Shown one piece after another: positions 10,037 to 20,541 of a stretch of DNA of 64,000 nucleotides. The stretch is taken from the IMG/VR virus record IMGVR_UViG_3300021426_000005; one strand, written 5' to 3'. The notes beneath the pieces are model-generated. The model saw only the letters and a program-made list of their open reading frames with translations. It did no database searches and was not told the DNA's origin. Position 1 is the first letter of the stretch. Every line of letters begins with the position of its first letter. Both the position numbers and the translations under genes were made by a program. The stretch is from a virus (lineage: Duplodnaviria; Caudoviricetes).

Positions 10037-12757
10037 TTAAACTACAAAGGTCGTACCTTCAAAATAATGGAATGTACCTGGATCCCATGAATCTATAACT
10101 ACCGGATTAAATCTAGCGATATTGTAAGCATCTACCAGTATAGCCAGTTCGCCAGCTCCTCCTTCTGGTATGGTCAAATCAGGATTGTAGCGAGGAGTTT
10201 TTATTGTAAACTTAGTGTCCTGAATCATATAGCCTTCCGGTGTTTCAGTCGTATATGCGGATATAAAGCAGCCAGTAATGATTATATTATTAGCTAGTCT
10301 GGTCTTAGGGTAGTATAGGGCAGATCCCTGCGGAAGCTCAAATGTATCGGTTATGATAGACTTCCCTACTGATACATTTGACGTAGAGTTGTTTCTTACC
10401 AGCACACCGCACCCGGTTATATATCCGTTACTGCCAAAGGTTATGCTTTGCAGAGCTACGGCAAAGTGATTATCATTAGGGGTTTCGGAACTCCAATATT
10501 CTGTGAATGTGGCATTTATGCCGGGTATGTATTCCGAAGCCACAGAAGCTCTGACTGTCATACCTTCTACAACTAAATCGGGATCAGTAGCTGAATCATA
10601 TACAGCATACCACAAGGTCATATCCCTTATTGTAGACAGATAGTCAAGAATAGTTGCATCGTAATACAAGCAGGAGCGATACAGATTGATTACCGGCGTT
10701 CCGCCGATAACACTGTTGATTTTCACCCTAGCACAATCGCTGATATTGATAGTTACATTGCTTCCGGCAGTACCGAATACGTTGATACATACAGCAGTAT
10801 TAAACCTACTGTCGATATCGAATATATCTATCGTACCACCGTCTTCGTCACCAGTCAGATTGATATTGATATTGATAATATTAGGTGTATCCGAATTTTG
10901 AGATTGATTTACATTGGGAAATGCTATTCGCTGATTGACATATTCATCAAGGTATGTCTGAACTTCTGCAAGTGTCAGGCCAGTCGGTACTGTAAAATCT
11001 TCTCCCAACTGATATGCAAGTGTACCTGATCTCAGCAGAGCATAGTCCAGTAATCTCAGATGGCCTTCATCATCAAGGTAAACATATCCATAGTCTGTGG
11101 CGCTATCAGGAACATTGAGGAAGCCACCTACTAATGTCTGCTCCGCAAAAGGCAACTGTCCTGTAAGCTGTATAGGTGCTGAATATTCACGAACAGCAGT
11201 AGTTGTAGCTACCGTATAGTAATACTCAGTAACTACATCATCACCATTGACATCTTGTGTTGTAAATTCTAATGTGAAATAGTCCACATCAACTATACCA
11301 CGATATAGATTGTTCGATAGATCCCATAAAGTCGTATAATCCCATGGATTTGTAAATGGGCTATCTTCGCTATTCAGATACTTTCTATCGAGCTCCACAC
11401 CAGTAGGAAGTGTAGTCACACCACGGTTTATGCTCAAAACATATCCTGGTAGTACAACATATATGGTAGAAGGTGCGGTAAGGTTTAGCGTATCATTGTA
11501 TGAGCTAATGATAGTAGTATCCCTTGCTACCAGTATATAGTCACCAACAGACCAATTAGGATTTATTGGGGGAAGATCAGGCTTAGTTCCATCAGAAGTA
11601 TATGTCAGCTCTTCAATAAAGCCTACTTGTTTACCATTAGTCAGCTGATAGAACTGATTTATCTTACTCAGCACGTTCTTTACTGACTTGGTATACTCAC
11701 CGTTTACGGTACCGGCTGTATTGCTTGCGAAATCAGCTACCGGAAGATCCATAACGACCGGAGCGAAAAACTGCTGTACACCGCTGCTGTCTTCCATATT
11801 ATAGCCAGCAGTAGAAGTGGTAATCTGCTTATGGGGAACTATAAGCTGTGTTACACCGGCATCATTTGTAGTGAATACTGCCTTTTCTACAGTGGGCCTC
11901 TTAGTCACATACTCAGGAATCAAGTTGTCCCACACCATAAGACAATTGGTTGTATCACACCAAGTATCATATTCATCAACAGAAGATTTACCCCTTCCAG
12001 CAAAGGAATATATCCGCTTTGGATTTAGCCCCGTTTTCTTAACATACTCATCGGAGATAATGGAGTCAATTTTACCCACCCTACTAGCAGGGAACATCTG
12101 ACATTTGTCTGGGTAGTTATTGTGAAGGTTGGTAATGTTTCCTCCACTTAGATTGAATGTTGCCAATAATAGATGTGCTGTGACAAGTCCCTGATTTTCA
12201 GCTAAACCACAATCGACCTCTTCATCACCAGAAACAAACGTAGAAGTAGGCAACAAGAACTGATCCGTGGGAAGTATCACTACCTGTACACCGGCATACA
12301 TTTCTACACCATCCTGTGTAGTTTCTGCTTCTATTGATCCAGACATAGTTTGCTCTGTACTATAGAATACCCGCAGACCTATTGACAGATCGCCTGCAAG
12401 TGCTGTATTGCCTTGAGCTACAAGGTCAGCGTTTATTTCCGCAAGGTCTATTGTTACTGGAACAAGGCTCTGCACGAAGTGACCATTGACCACAGCTCTA
12501 CCAGGTAGTATCTCAAGTATGCTGGTGGAATTAGTCGCACTATCAGGGAAATAATCCATAGTGTCACCAAGGGTCCGTACATAGAAATCCTGTTCGCTAT
12601 GAGTGTATGACGGTCCAATCATATACTCTACAGACTCTGCGGTATATACACTATCCCTAGATCTCAGGTTAAATTCTGTTACCAGCTGACCACCCTTTGT
12701 GGTATTAGCCATCGGGAATATGTTAGTAGTCGCTACCGGAAATTTTATTAGGTTCAT
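10037..12757 (-). CDS. Large virion structural protein (baseplate/fibre-associated)
   Basis: 906 aa, T/N/D/V-rich and beta-rich; ILPGRAVVNG motif seen in tail proteins; late-motif copy at 12789-12799. Confidence 0.55.
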   Translation of the reverse strand: MNLIKFPVATTNIFPMANTTKGGQLVTEFNLRSRDSVYTAESVEYMIGPSYTHSEQDFYVRTLGDTMDYFPDSATNSTSILEILPGRAVVNGHFVQSLVPVTIDLAEINADLVAQGNTALAGDLSIGLRVFYSTEQTMSGSIEAETTQDGVEMYAGVQVVILPTDQFLLPTSTFVSGDEEVDCGLAENQGLVTAHLLLATFNLSGGNITNLHNNYPDKCQMFPASRVGKIDSIISDEYVKKTGLNPKRIYSFAGRGKSSVDEYDTWCDTTNCLMVWDNLIPEYVTKRPTVEKAVFTTNDAGVTQLIVPHKQITTSTAGYNMEDSSGVQQFFAPVVMDLPVADFASNTAGTVNGEYTKSVKNVLSKINQFYQLTNGKQVGFIEELTYTSDGTKPDLPPINPNWSVGDYILVARDTTIISSYNDTLNLTAPSTIYVVLPGYVLSINRGVTTLPTGVELDRKYLNSEDSPFTNPWDYTTLWDLSNNLYRGIVDVDYFTLEFTTQDVNGDDVVTEYYYTVATTTAVREYSAPIQLTGQLPFAEQTLVGGFLNVPDSATDYGYVYLDDEGHLRLLDYALLRSGTLAYQLGEDFTVPTGLTLAEVQTYLDEYVNQRIAFPNVNQSQNSDTPNIINININLTGDEDGGTIDIFDIDSRFNTAVCINVFGTAGSNVTINISDCARVKINSVIGGTPVINLYRSCLYYDATILDYLSTIRDMTLWYAVYDSATDPDLVVEGMTVRASVASEYIPGINATFTEYWSSETPNDNHFAVALQSITFGSNGYITGCGVLVRNNSTSNVSVGKSIITDTFELPQGSALYYPKTRLANNIIITGCFISAYTTETPEGYMIQDTKFTIKTPRYNPDLTIPEGGAGELAILVDAYNIARFNPVVIDSWDPGTFHYFEGTTFVV

Positions 12758-12802
12758 AAAGGCAACCCTCCATTAAGTTTACTCATTATTATATAAGGGC
12801 AT

Positions 12803-15800
12803 TTACTGTTCAACAATACCCAATGACAGACCTGCTATTGTTTCAGCTAAAGATACACCACCAACACCAGAACTTTGCTGATTGAGCATGGCATTTACTA
12901 CCTTGAGTATCTGAGATAGCAGAGCATTTGTCTGTACGGTAGGATCTAATAGTAGCTTAACATCATTTTCTGTCAGTGCATCAGCTAAAGCATATATAGC
13001 TGTTTCGGACTTATCCTTCTCAGCCCTGAGTATCTTATCTACAGTATCATGGGTATATGCACTGTTGTAAACTGTATGATTTATAAAGTAATCTTCCCAC
13101 TCCGATAAGTATGTCTTGAATACATCATGTATCTTACTAGAAGTATCAAGTATACTCTCAAGGAATGAATTGTTATCGGTGAGCAGGTCAACACTGTTTT
13201 TCCAGAAGGCTTCTTCCCTTTGTTCTCTATCCAGCTTTTCCTGTGCTGCTATCTGGGTCTGTAGTGATGTATACTGGTTTCTCAGCATATCATCAGTCAT
13301 TCCGGCATCTTCTATAGCATCGGAGAAGTTGGCTATACCAAATGACTTCGCCGTAGCTACCCAGGCTTCATAGTTTGAATCCTTGTTAGCATCTACAAAT
13401 GACTTCATACTGTCAACCATCTTCTGAACATTCTGGTTAGCCCTATCCTGAGCCATTTCAGAAGTGGTTTTTGCTATGCTTTCATTCTGAGCTAATGTAG
13501 ATATACCGGCTACAGCTGAACCTTGTGCATACTGTCCAGCTCCTCCAAGCATTGCCTGTACACTTTTACCAACGATACCATCTATGAAATTCCAACCGTA
13601 TTTGGAATTAGATGTCTGTGTCCCTATTTTTCTTGCTGTACCCCTAAATGCAGAATCAGATGATCCCTTGGTACCATAGAACAAGGAATTCGCAAGGGTT
13701 GCAAAAGGATTAGAGATCACACGGCTTAATCCAGTAATATATTGGGCTTTACGCATACCAGAACTATCAGCACCAAGCAATTCTGGTAGTGTATCTATCA
13801 GATCATACTGACGGTTGCGTTCCAATAGCTGAGTTCTTGCTATGCTATTACCATTACCGACCTTACCAGCGTCTATGACTTGCCGTATCTGACCTTCCTC
13901 TAAACTACCTTCTTTTGAAGAAGCGATCGCATTTATTCCCTTACCTATCAATTTAGCAATTCCGTAGGCTGGAACTAAAAATCCTAGAACATTGTCCACC
14001 ATCGATCCGAGATTTTCTAACAGTGACAATGCACTACCTTTAATCTCTACACCATAGGTAGCTTCCATAAGCTGACGGTCACGCTGTTCATCCCACATAT
14101 GCTGCTGAATAGCTCTAGCAGCTTCATTGTCAAGTACATATGCTAGACCTTCATCTATCATGTACTTGTTTATCTGCTGCATCTTGAGCATTTCAGCATT
14201 GGTTGTGGTTTCACCAGATACCAGAAGTTCCATATTATCAGCTAGTGCTGAATTAGTGGTATTCATTCCGGCAATTGCACTTGCAAGATAGTTGAAGTCT
14301 ATTCTTGCAAAAGCATCCATTGGTACACCGAATACGGAAGATAAGCCTTCTGCTACCTCCATAAAGGCATCAGGTGCCATTTGCTGACGTTTAGCCAGCT
14401 CCGAAAATAGCTTTGTAAATACAGACTGCGGATCTGTAGCAAGCTGTTTGAGGAATTCAGTATTGGAAGCATTTATACCAGCTAAGGATCTTAATGCTAC
14501 TATCTCTGTACTGTTTCCTCCGGTAGCGGCTTTATAGATAGCATCAGTCATGGACTGTGCTAAATCAGGAGCTATTGCACCAGTTACAGCAGATACAGCT
14601 GTCATTACACCAGCTATATCAGAAGGTGTACCTATCTTACTAGCCTGAGCTATCTGTGCTGACTGAGTGAATAATGCTTGTGCATCTTTCAGTCCGGTAG
14701 AGAATCCACCTGATAATTCTCTGCTTGCATACAGTACATTGCTTGCAAACTTCTCTATTTCACTGTTAGCATATGCTATAGCATCTGACTGAGATTTTCC
14801 ATTAGCAAGAGCATTAGCCGCTATAGAAGCATAGGTTTCAGCATATGTAAAGAAGTCTTGTGTTGGTACAGCTGCGTTTAACTTGGTAGCTTCATATGCA
14901 AACTCTTCAGCTACCTTACCACTCAGACCTTGTTCAAGGACCTTAGCAAGATTGTTTGATATATCCGAAGCAGATACTACGGAAGATAGATTTTCTGATC
15001 TTAGCCTATCAGCATATGCTGCCATAAGGTCTTGTAGATCAGCTTTGTTATATCCTTGTGTGGCTGTTATAGTTCTGAGGTTTTGATCCCAGGTATCATA
15101 CCAGGCTTGTGCTGCCGCAGTTAATATCTCAAAAGGCTTTTCTACCAGAGTTCTTACATCAGCTTCTAGTCGCTTCTGAGCTAATTCCTGATTTTTCTTT
15201 CTGCTTTCTACATCACGGTTGGCAGCTTTACTTAGACCACCCATAAGTTTAAGCACACTGCCTATGACATCAGTAATACTTGTCAATGCCATATCAAGTG
15301 TAAGTAGCGGTACAGCTATAGAACTTATTCCTGATATAGTAGCCTTCAAACCGGGTAGTCCAGATTTGACCGCAGTCCCTAAAGCAGTCATTACAGCATC
15401 AGCATTTCTGCCAGAAGCGGCCATATCGGTGAATATGTCACCAAGATTACCGGCAGTGCCTTCTATGATACCGGAAGCATCTACAAATCCGGAAGCTAGC
15501 TCCTCCGCTTTAGCCTTAGCTGAAGACAATGCTTCTTGCGGTACAGCGGAAGCTATATCTTCCATTAGGGATGTCCCAGATGCAGTTTCTGTAGCCTTGT
15601 TGCTGATATCAGATACAGTTCTACCGATAGACTGTTTCGTTACATTAGGGATCTTACCCCTATTGGGTTGCATCAGCTCATTGTATTTGTTAAATATGTT
15701 GCTAAATGTGCTTTGAGCTTTATCTTTGAATGGGGTAATGAGCTTGGCATCTATATCCAGACCCTTAGTCTTTAGCTTCTGCTTACCGATAGATGCTATC

Positions 15801-16234
15801 TGCTTTCCTAGTGCTTTACCTAATTCCTGCGGGACTTGTTCAAAGGGTACACCAAGATCTTTTTCTAAGGTATCTCTGAACTTATCCCGGACAGAGTTCA
15901 TTGACCTCTTGAAATCTTCTCCCAGAAGTCCATCCAGGATGCCTTCTTCTATGGCATCGGCTATAGACTTTGATGATCCGAATGAAGATCTACCGAATAT
16001 GCTATCCAGACCGGATCGTTTACTATTATAGTAGCCCTTCTGCTGGTTGTTCCTATTGTAAGGATTATTGTAGATCTGATTTCTCGCATTAGAGGCAGAT
16101 ACCTTATTCAGATTGTTCAATATCTCCTTTAGGTTCTTATCTATAGAGGATAATGTCTTATTCTGCATTTGGCTGGTTTGATTTCCAGACTGCACCAACT
16201 GCGACAATATATCCCAGCTATTGATTTCATCCAT
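12803..16234 (-). CDS. Tape measure protein
   Basis: 1143 aa, A/S/G/L-rich and helical; directly downstream of the tail chaperone genes. Confidence 0.75.
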   Translation of the reverse strand: MDEINSWDILSQLVQSGNQTSQMQNKTLSSIDKNLKEILNNLNKVSASNARNQIYNNPYNRNNQQKGYYNSKRSGLDSIFGRSSFGSSKSIADAIEEGILDGLLGEDFKRSMNSVRDKFRDTLEKDLGVPFEQVPQELGKALGKQIASIGKQKLKTKGLDIDAKLITPFKDKAQSTFSNIFNKYNELMQPNRGKIPNVTKQSIGRTVSDISNKATETASGTSLMEDIASAVPQEALSSAKAKAEELASGFVDASGIIEGTAGNLGDIFTDMAASGRNADAVMTALGTAVKSGLPGLKATISGISSIAVPLLTLDMALTSITDVIGSVLKLMGGLSKAANRDVESRKKNQELAQKRLEADVRTLVEKPFEILTAAAQAWYDTWDQNLRTITATQGYNKADLQDLMAAYADRLRSENLSSVVSASDISNNLAKVLEQGLSGKVAEEFAYEATKLNAAVPTQDFFTYAETYASIAANALANGKSQSDAIAYANSEIEKFASNVLYASRELSGGFSTGLKDAQALFTQSAQIAQASKIGTPSDIAGVMTAVSAVTGAIAPDLAQSMTDAIYKAATGGNSTEIVALRSLAGINASNTEFLKQLATDPQSVFTKLFSELAKRQQMAPDAFMEVAEGLSSVFGVPMDAFARIDFNYLASAIAGMNTTNSALADNMELLVSGETTTNAEMLKMQQINKYMIDEGLAYVLDNEAARAIQQHMWDEQRDRQLMEATYGVEIKGSALSLLENLGSMVDNVLGFLVPAYGIAKLIGKGINAIASSKEGSLEEGQIRQVIDAGKVGNGNSIARTQLLERNRQYDLIDTLPELLGADSSGMRKAQYITGLSRVISNPFATLANSLFYGTKGSSDSAFRGTARKIGTQTSNSKYGWNFIDGIVGKSVQAMLGGAGQYAQGSAVAGISTLAQNESIAKTTSEMAQDRANQNVQKMVDSMKSFVDANKDSNYEAWVATAKSFGIANFSDAIEDAGMTDDMLRNQYTSLQTQIAAQEKLDREQREEAFWKNSVDLLTDNNSFLESILDTSSKIHDVFKTYLSEWEDYFINHTVYNSAYTHDTVDKILRAEKDKSETAIYALADALTENDVKLLLDPTVQTNALLSQILKVVNAMLNQQSSGVGGVSLAETIAGLSLGIVEQ

Positions 16235-16253
16235 TATCTATCACCCCATTATG

Positions 16254-16285
16254 AAAACAGGGATATGTTTCTTGTCATATCCCTG
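16254..16285 (-). terminator. Hairpin / possible terminator or attenuator ahead of the tape measure gene
   Basis: CAGGGATATG...CATATCCCTG stem followed by TTTT on the - strand. Confidence 0.55.
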
Positions 16286-16290
16286 AATAC

Positions 16291-16560
16291 TTATTTGCGA
16301 GATCTACTCAGATTACGTTCACGCTCTTTGAGCTCTGTTGTGAAGGATTCTACATATTTCTTCCTGATAAATATAGGCTGATTCATCAACCACTCAGCTG
16401 ATACTGCACCTTCAGAAGCTCTTGATATGAATAATGCTTCATCAACTATATTTTCATACAGTCTTTGTCTTACTTCCTGCATTGTTTTCATCTGACCTTG
16501 CACTTCTATCCAGTTTCCACTGTTTGAGATCTCCCACGGTCGGACGAAAAAATCTATCAT
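16291..16560 (-). CDS. Small tail/baseplate assembly chaperone partner (gp51-like); start uncertain or reached by frameshift
   Basis: EALFISRASEGAVSAEWLMNQPIFIRKKYV resembles the small ORFs found between chaperone and tape measure genes; overlaps the upstream gene. Confidence 0.55.
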   Translation of the reverse strand: MIDFFVRPWEISNSGNWIEVQGQMKTMQEVRQRLYENIVDEALFISRASEGAVSAEWLMNQPIFIRKKYVESFTTELKERERNLSRSRK

Positions 16561-17275
16561 CGGCTAGTGCTATAAATGTAGCTTCCATATTTCCGCAGTT
16601 AGGACACTGTGTAGTACCACCGGCTCTTAGTCCATAGTTGGTAAGTTCACTTACTGCATTTTTCAGAAGAAGGAAATCAGCTGCACATAGGTCATGTGTT
16701 ATGATGTTCTTTACTTCCAGCGGTGTAAATCCTGTTCTGCTTCCGATAGCCTTTACAGAATAGCATAGTCTTGCAAGTTCTCTGTTTACTTCTCCGTTAG
16801 CTTGTTTGAACAGAGGATCTGCATATGCTGTCAGGATCTCTTTTATAGTTAATAGTTTTATCTTTATATCTTTATCATACTCGATGAACTCAGATGCTTT
16901 TACTGTTAGTTCATTAGTAAAGCCTTCTGGTAATGGAACACAGTTTATAGTGTTTAGGTTTACTCTGTATTCTCCGGAAGATACCTTACCGCACTTGTCG
17001 CAGAATATGTTTGATACTGTAAGATACGGACCGTAATTCAGCATTCTTAAACATCTGCATATATACTGATAGTCAATTTCCAGCAGATCATAGAAGTTTA
17101 TCTTTTCTTCTACCGCCTGTGGAAGTATCTTTTCAATCATGGTTTTATCGAAATCTTCGCTGCCTACATAATCAAGCTCTGATGACGTAGGTATGCTTTT
17201 CAGGTGAAGTACATCAGGTATTCCAGCATACAAGCCTTTACCTAACAGTTCAACTCGCTCTGAGATCGAATTCAT
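16454..17275 (-). CDS. Baseplate hub assembly / tail chaperone (T4 gp26-like)
   Basis: DLLEIDYQYICRCLRMLNYG, CDKCG and CPNCG zinc knuckles, FFRP near the C-terminus. Confidence 0.7.
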   Translation of the reverse strand: MNSISERVELLGKGLYAGIPDVLHLKSIPTSSELDYVGSEDFDKTMIEKILPQAVEEKINFYDLLEIDYQYICRCLRMLNYGPYLTVSNIFCDKCGKVSSGEYRVNLNTINCVPLPEGFTNELTVKASEFIEYDKDIKIKLLTIKEILTAYADPLFKQANGEVNRELARLCYSVKAIGSRTGFTPLEVKNIITHDLCAADFLLLKNAVSELTNYGLRAGGTTQCPNCGNMEATFIALADDRFFRPTVGDLKQWKLDRSARSDENNAGSKTKTV

Positions 17276-17420
17276 ATTTAATTCACGCTCCTAAAAGGTT
17301 TTTAGTTTCAATCCACGCCTTTTCACAAGAAAGACGACATTGCAGCTGAAAATGATTTATAAAACAAAAATAGTGAGAACAGGTTCTTCTGCCCTCACTA
17401 TTATATAAGGTTATTTTGTC

Positions 17421-17918
17421 TTATACATCTACAGCTTCATAGATGATTGGGATCAAATCTTCTTTATCATAATCATTCTTGGTAGTTAATATTGGGATCA
17501 TAGCTTCGATAAGATTTTGATATGCAGTGTATAAACGTTGAATAAGTTCAACCGTTACATCATATATAGGATACTGCTTATCAAATTTCCTTTTTCGATT
17601 ATCAACTAAAAATTGTAATAAATTGCATTTTGCATCCCGAGCATCATCACCGAAAGTCGCAAATAGCGTAGAAATAAAATCCGATTTCTTAGGTTTATTT
17701 GATTTTGGTTTCAAATACACTTCGTTAGCAATTCGTAAATAATCCGCTATTTCATCCTCCACCCAATGACTTAAATCGCCGGTAGAGTTTCCGTATGCTA
17801 CGCATTTAAGCACATGGTTTGAAAGGGTATCTGCATTCTTCCTTAAAATGGACAATCCCTTGGGTCTTTCATAAGCCATTCCCAAAATAGCTTCTGATCC
17901 ATGTATAAGCCGTTTCAT
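17421..17918 (-). CDS. Hypothetical protein (DUF29-like HxLK...W motif)
   Basis: Start MKRLIHGSE with GAGGTG RBS; NHVLKCVAY...HWVEDEI. Confidence 0.5.
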   Translation of the reverse strand: MKRLIHGSEAILGMAYERPKGLSILRKNADTLSNHVLKCVAYGNSTGDLSHWVEDEIADYLRIANEVYLKPKSNKPKKSDFISTLFATFGDDARDAKCNLLQFLVDNRKRKFDKQYPIYDVTVELIQRLYTAYQNLIEAMIPILTTKNDYDKEDLIPIIYEAVDV

Positions 17919-17945
17919 AAATGTCACCTCACAAAGTATTCAAGG

Positions 17946-18434
17946 TTAGATCCTATCCAGCCAATCTGTATTAAGCATTATCATCAGAACGGTCCCCTTA
18001 TCATTCTTCTTGGTGAAGATTATTCCTTTTTCTTCCAGGGCAATCACCGACTTACGGATATTCGGTATATGCCCGGACTTAGGTTTAGTAGGTCTACCCA
18101 AAGCTGCGGTCAGCGCTGAGTACCCTCCGACAAAAGCCCCACCTTCTTTATGAAGAAACAGCAGTATGTCAACATATAAGCTGCTGAGTTTATAAAATCT
18201 AAGTGCGAAATTCAGCTTATCTTGTTTATCCTCTGGATGCTGGATATCCATAGCTCTGCGGTATACTGAAGCTACAGCCTTAGCCTGACTTATCAGCTGA
18301 GGATCACTTGGCTTCTTCTTAGAAATAAAATCAGGGTTGTCACAACTATTCGGAACTTCAGCGGAGACAAATATCTCCGCTGATGATAATGAAGCCCGGA
18401 CACTGTGATGTTCATATTTACTTGTATCGTACAT
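17946..18434 (-). CDS. Winged-helix DNA-binding protein
   Basis: C-terminal YSALTAALG...NIRKSVIALEEKGIIFTKK wHTH pattern. Confidence 0.55.
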   Translation of the reverse strand: MYDTSKYEHHSVRASLSSAEIFVSAEVPNSCDNPDFISKKKPSDPQLISQAKAVASVYRRAMDIQHPEDKQDKLNFALRFYKLSSLYVDILLFLHKEGGAFVGGYSALTAALGRPTKPKSGHIPNIRKSVIALEEKGIIFTKKNDKGTVLMIMLNTDWLDRI

Positions 18435-18852
18435 CCAATCCCCCTCCTATCACGACTGTATCAGAACAGTATATCTTCCCATCCAGGAGCTGTTCGTAAA
18501 TCCTTGCATATCTGTCATGTTCGGATCCATCACTGTTCATCATAGCTTCTTTGAAGAAATCCATTGCTTCTTCCTTACTATCCCACTCACGAACCTGCCT
18601 ATAGCATTCAGTCGTATACTTTTCATTTATGATGATAGGCTTTGTAGCCAGCTGTAAGTATCTTTCGATAAGCTCAAACAGATCATAGTCAGTATCAAAA
18701 GAATCCATTGCCTTATCTAAGGTATCTGGATCAAGCGGATGCCCGATGTGATCAAAGTCAGGACCGTCATCAAAAGTGTAGAGGTTGATGTATTCCTCTA
18801 TGGTTATTGGATTGCCATTGAATATTATTTTCTGCATAATAGCCATAATCAT
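18418..18852 (-). CDS. Hypothetical protein
   Basis: Acidic ORF overlapping its neighbours, with RBS. Confidence 0.55.
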   Translation of the reverse strand: MIMAIMQKIIFNGNPITIEEYINLYTFDDGPDFDHIGHPLDPDTLDKAMDSFDTDYDLFELIERYLQLATKPIIINEKYTTECYRQVREWDSKEEAMDFFKEAMMNSDGSEHDRYARIYEQLLDGKIYCSDTVVIGGGLDVRYK

Positions 18853-19085
18853 TCCTCCTTATTCAATATATATATGATTGCATTAATCCAGCCATCATAA
18901 TCCACAGTTTCAAGTTCGATTTTGCGTATAGCCTTTTCACCCAGTTCCCCAGCATCAATAGGCTCTGCTGCTCTAAAGATATACTGCTTCCCCTTAAACA
19001 ACACAATTAAGTTATCGATAGAGTCTCTATCAATTACTTCGATGAAATCATTTACAGTCATCACAGCCACTCCCTTTACAAGCAT
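18849..19085 (-). CDS. Hypothetical protein (start possibly at 19061)
   Basis: ORF track; RBS precedes MTVNDF. Confidence 0.5.
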   Translation of the reverse strand: MLVKGVAVMTVNDFIEVIDRDSIDNLIVLFKGKQYIFRAAEPIDAGELGEKAIRKIELETVDYDGWINAIIYILNKEE

Positions 19086-19206
19086 ACTTGCTAATGTAGC
19101 TTAAATACTCAGATTCAGTAATCGCTTCCTTGTATATGGGTCGTCCAAGCATATCCGTTAATTCTCGATAGAACAACCCATCGAATTTGTAAACATATTC
19201 ATACAT
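19048..19206 (-). CDS. Small hypothetical protein (52 aa, MYEYVYKFDGLFYREL...CKGSGCDDCK)
   Basis: Below the ORF-track cutoff; GAGGAGG RBS; fills the gap in the operon. Confidence 0.5.
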   Translation of the reverse strand: MYEYVYKFDGLFYRELTDMLGRPIYKEAITESEYLSYISKYACKGSGCDDCK

Positions 19207-19209
19207 AAA

Positions 19210-19392
19210 TCATTCCTCCTCAGTAATATCAATTGCAATCAGATTGTCTATCTCAGTCTTTGAATATGACTTAGACAGATCAGCTTCTACCATATGCCAT
19301 GCAGCCACTTTGTTGGGTGCATACAGTTTATATGAATCAAACTGTACCATACCTTTTGCTGTGACCCCGTAAAGTTTAATATTGTACATCAT
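19210..19392 (-). CDS. Hypothetical protein
   Basis: First gene after a sigma70-type promoter. Confidence 0.55.
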   Translation of the reverse strand: MMYNIKLYGVTAKGMVQFDSYKLYAPNKVAAWHMVEADLSKSYSKTEIDNLIAIDITEEE

Positions 19393-19435
19393 AACAATGC
19401 CCCCTTAGTTGAGTTATTTGGTTTTCTTTATCCTT

Positions 19436-19464
19436 ATTATATCAGTTCATTACGGCAATGTCTA
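19436..19464 (-). promoter_or_regulatory. Host sigma70/sigmaA-type early promoter
   Basis: - strand TAGACA-N17-TATAAT with an extended -10 (TGn). Confidence 0.7.
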
Positions 19465-19511
19465 TTCGTATAACGACCAAAGTTTATATCTATTTACAGG
19501 TCGTTATGCAC

Positions 19512-19549
19512 AAAAATAGCAGCTCAGGTATTTAGCCTAAGCTGCTATA
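19512..19549 (-). terminator. Intrinsic terminator
   Basis: TAGCAGCT...AGCTGCTA stem with a T run on the - strand, after the stop at 19567. Confidence 0.7.
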
Positions 19550-19566
19550 ATTTGGTATTGTATAAC

Positions 19567-19911
19567 TCAAAGAAGGTTAGTATAGTTTTCTAAAGCGTCC
19601 ACATACTTACTGTATGCCTGCCTTATCAATCCGTCTACTTCCCACATAGCCTTCCTAAATGCTTCTGCATCATCAGGTCCGGAGAAACAATCCAGCTCCG
19701 TAACGTCCATGTTACCGGCTTCTAGATCTGCCCTATAATTACGGAGTTCATCGTGAAACGGGTCTATGTCATCTATGCAAGCATCCCATGCTTCATATGC
19801 TTCGTCAAGATTCTCATATCCCATATCGGAATACTGACCAGCTTTTATTGATCTCAGCTTTCTATCAGAGAAAGCTCCTGGTGTTCGGTTAGATTTGATT
19901 ACTTTCTTCAT
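19567..19911 (-). CDS. Acidic hypothetical protein (MKKVIKSN...)
   Basis: Start reassigned to 19911 (AGGAG RBS), just after the tail tube stop. Confidence 0.6.
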   Translation of the reverse strand: MKKVIKSNRTPGAFSDRKLRSIKAGQYSDMGYENLDEAYEAWDACIDDIDPFHDELRNYRADLEAGNMDVTELDCFSGPDDAEAFRKAMWEVDGLIRQAYSKYVDALENYTNLL

Positions 19912-19922
19912 AGCAATTCTCC

Positions 19923-20468
19923 TTATCTCAGATCCTCTGGCTTCAGATAGATAGCTCTTGAAATAACCAATGGAACTCTTACCTTTACAACATCTCCACC
20001 GGTCTGGTTCATATCGCCGTTGTTCAATGCACCGATCCATGTACCAGGACACTTGATAACATCACGCACATTACCCTGACCGTCATACTTGATGAAGTAT
20101 ACCAGCTTCATATACTCTGAAGGAAGTCCCATCTTCTCAGTGTCAGAATTGTAAACCAGCCTGCGCCATGCTCTAAGGTTTTCAAGGACATTGGGTTCGC
20201 AGTAGCAGTTCAACGTCCAGTCGACATCGGCGAAGGATACCTTAGAGGGGAACTTGATAACTCCGTTGCCGTAGTGGATCACGATGGTATCCTGCTCTTC
20301 CTCGATAGCACCTACTTCATCAGTTGAAAGGGTAAGCAGGTCAGAAAACTCAGTAGGCATAGATCCGTCCATATTGTACACTCTGATTTCAAAATTGTTT
20401 GTTGTCAGTGGTACAAAATTATCTACCCCGAGCATATGATTTGTACCCATATATAGTGGTGAAAACAT
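19923..20468 (-). CDS. Tail tube protein (T4 gp19-like)
   Basis: NNFEIRV...IHYGNGVIKFPSKVSFADVDWT...LRAWRRLVYN...G..GLPSEY...YDGQG...GTWI. Confidence 0.8.
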   Translation of the reverse strand: MFSPLYMGTNHMLGVDNFVPLTTNNFEIRVYNMDGSMPTEFSDLLTLSTDEVGAIEEEQDTIVIHYGNGVIKFPSKVSFADVDWTLNCYCEPNVLENLRAWRRLVYNSDTEKMGLPSEYMKLVYFIKYDGQGNVRDVIKCPGTWIGALNNGDMNQTGGDVVKVRVPLVISRAIYLKPEDLR

Positions 20469-20541
20469 ATAATCATCCTTTCATAAAAAGAATATGTTGC
20501 CGAAGCACTTTCATAACTATATATAAGGTTAGATATTTTGG

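Noticed and set aside
19912-20052. N-terminal extension of ORF 19567-20052
   Set aside because: Overlaps the tail tube gene; the RBS supports a start at 19911.
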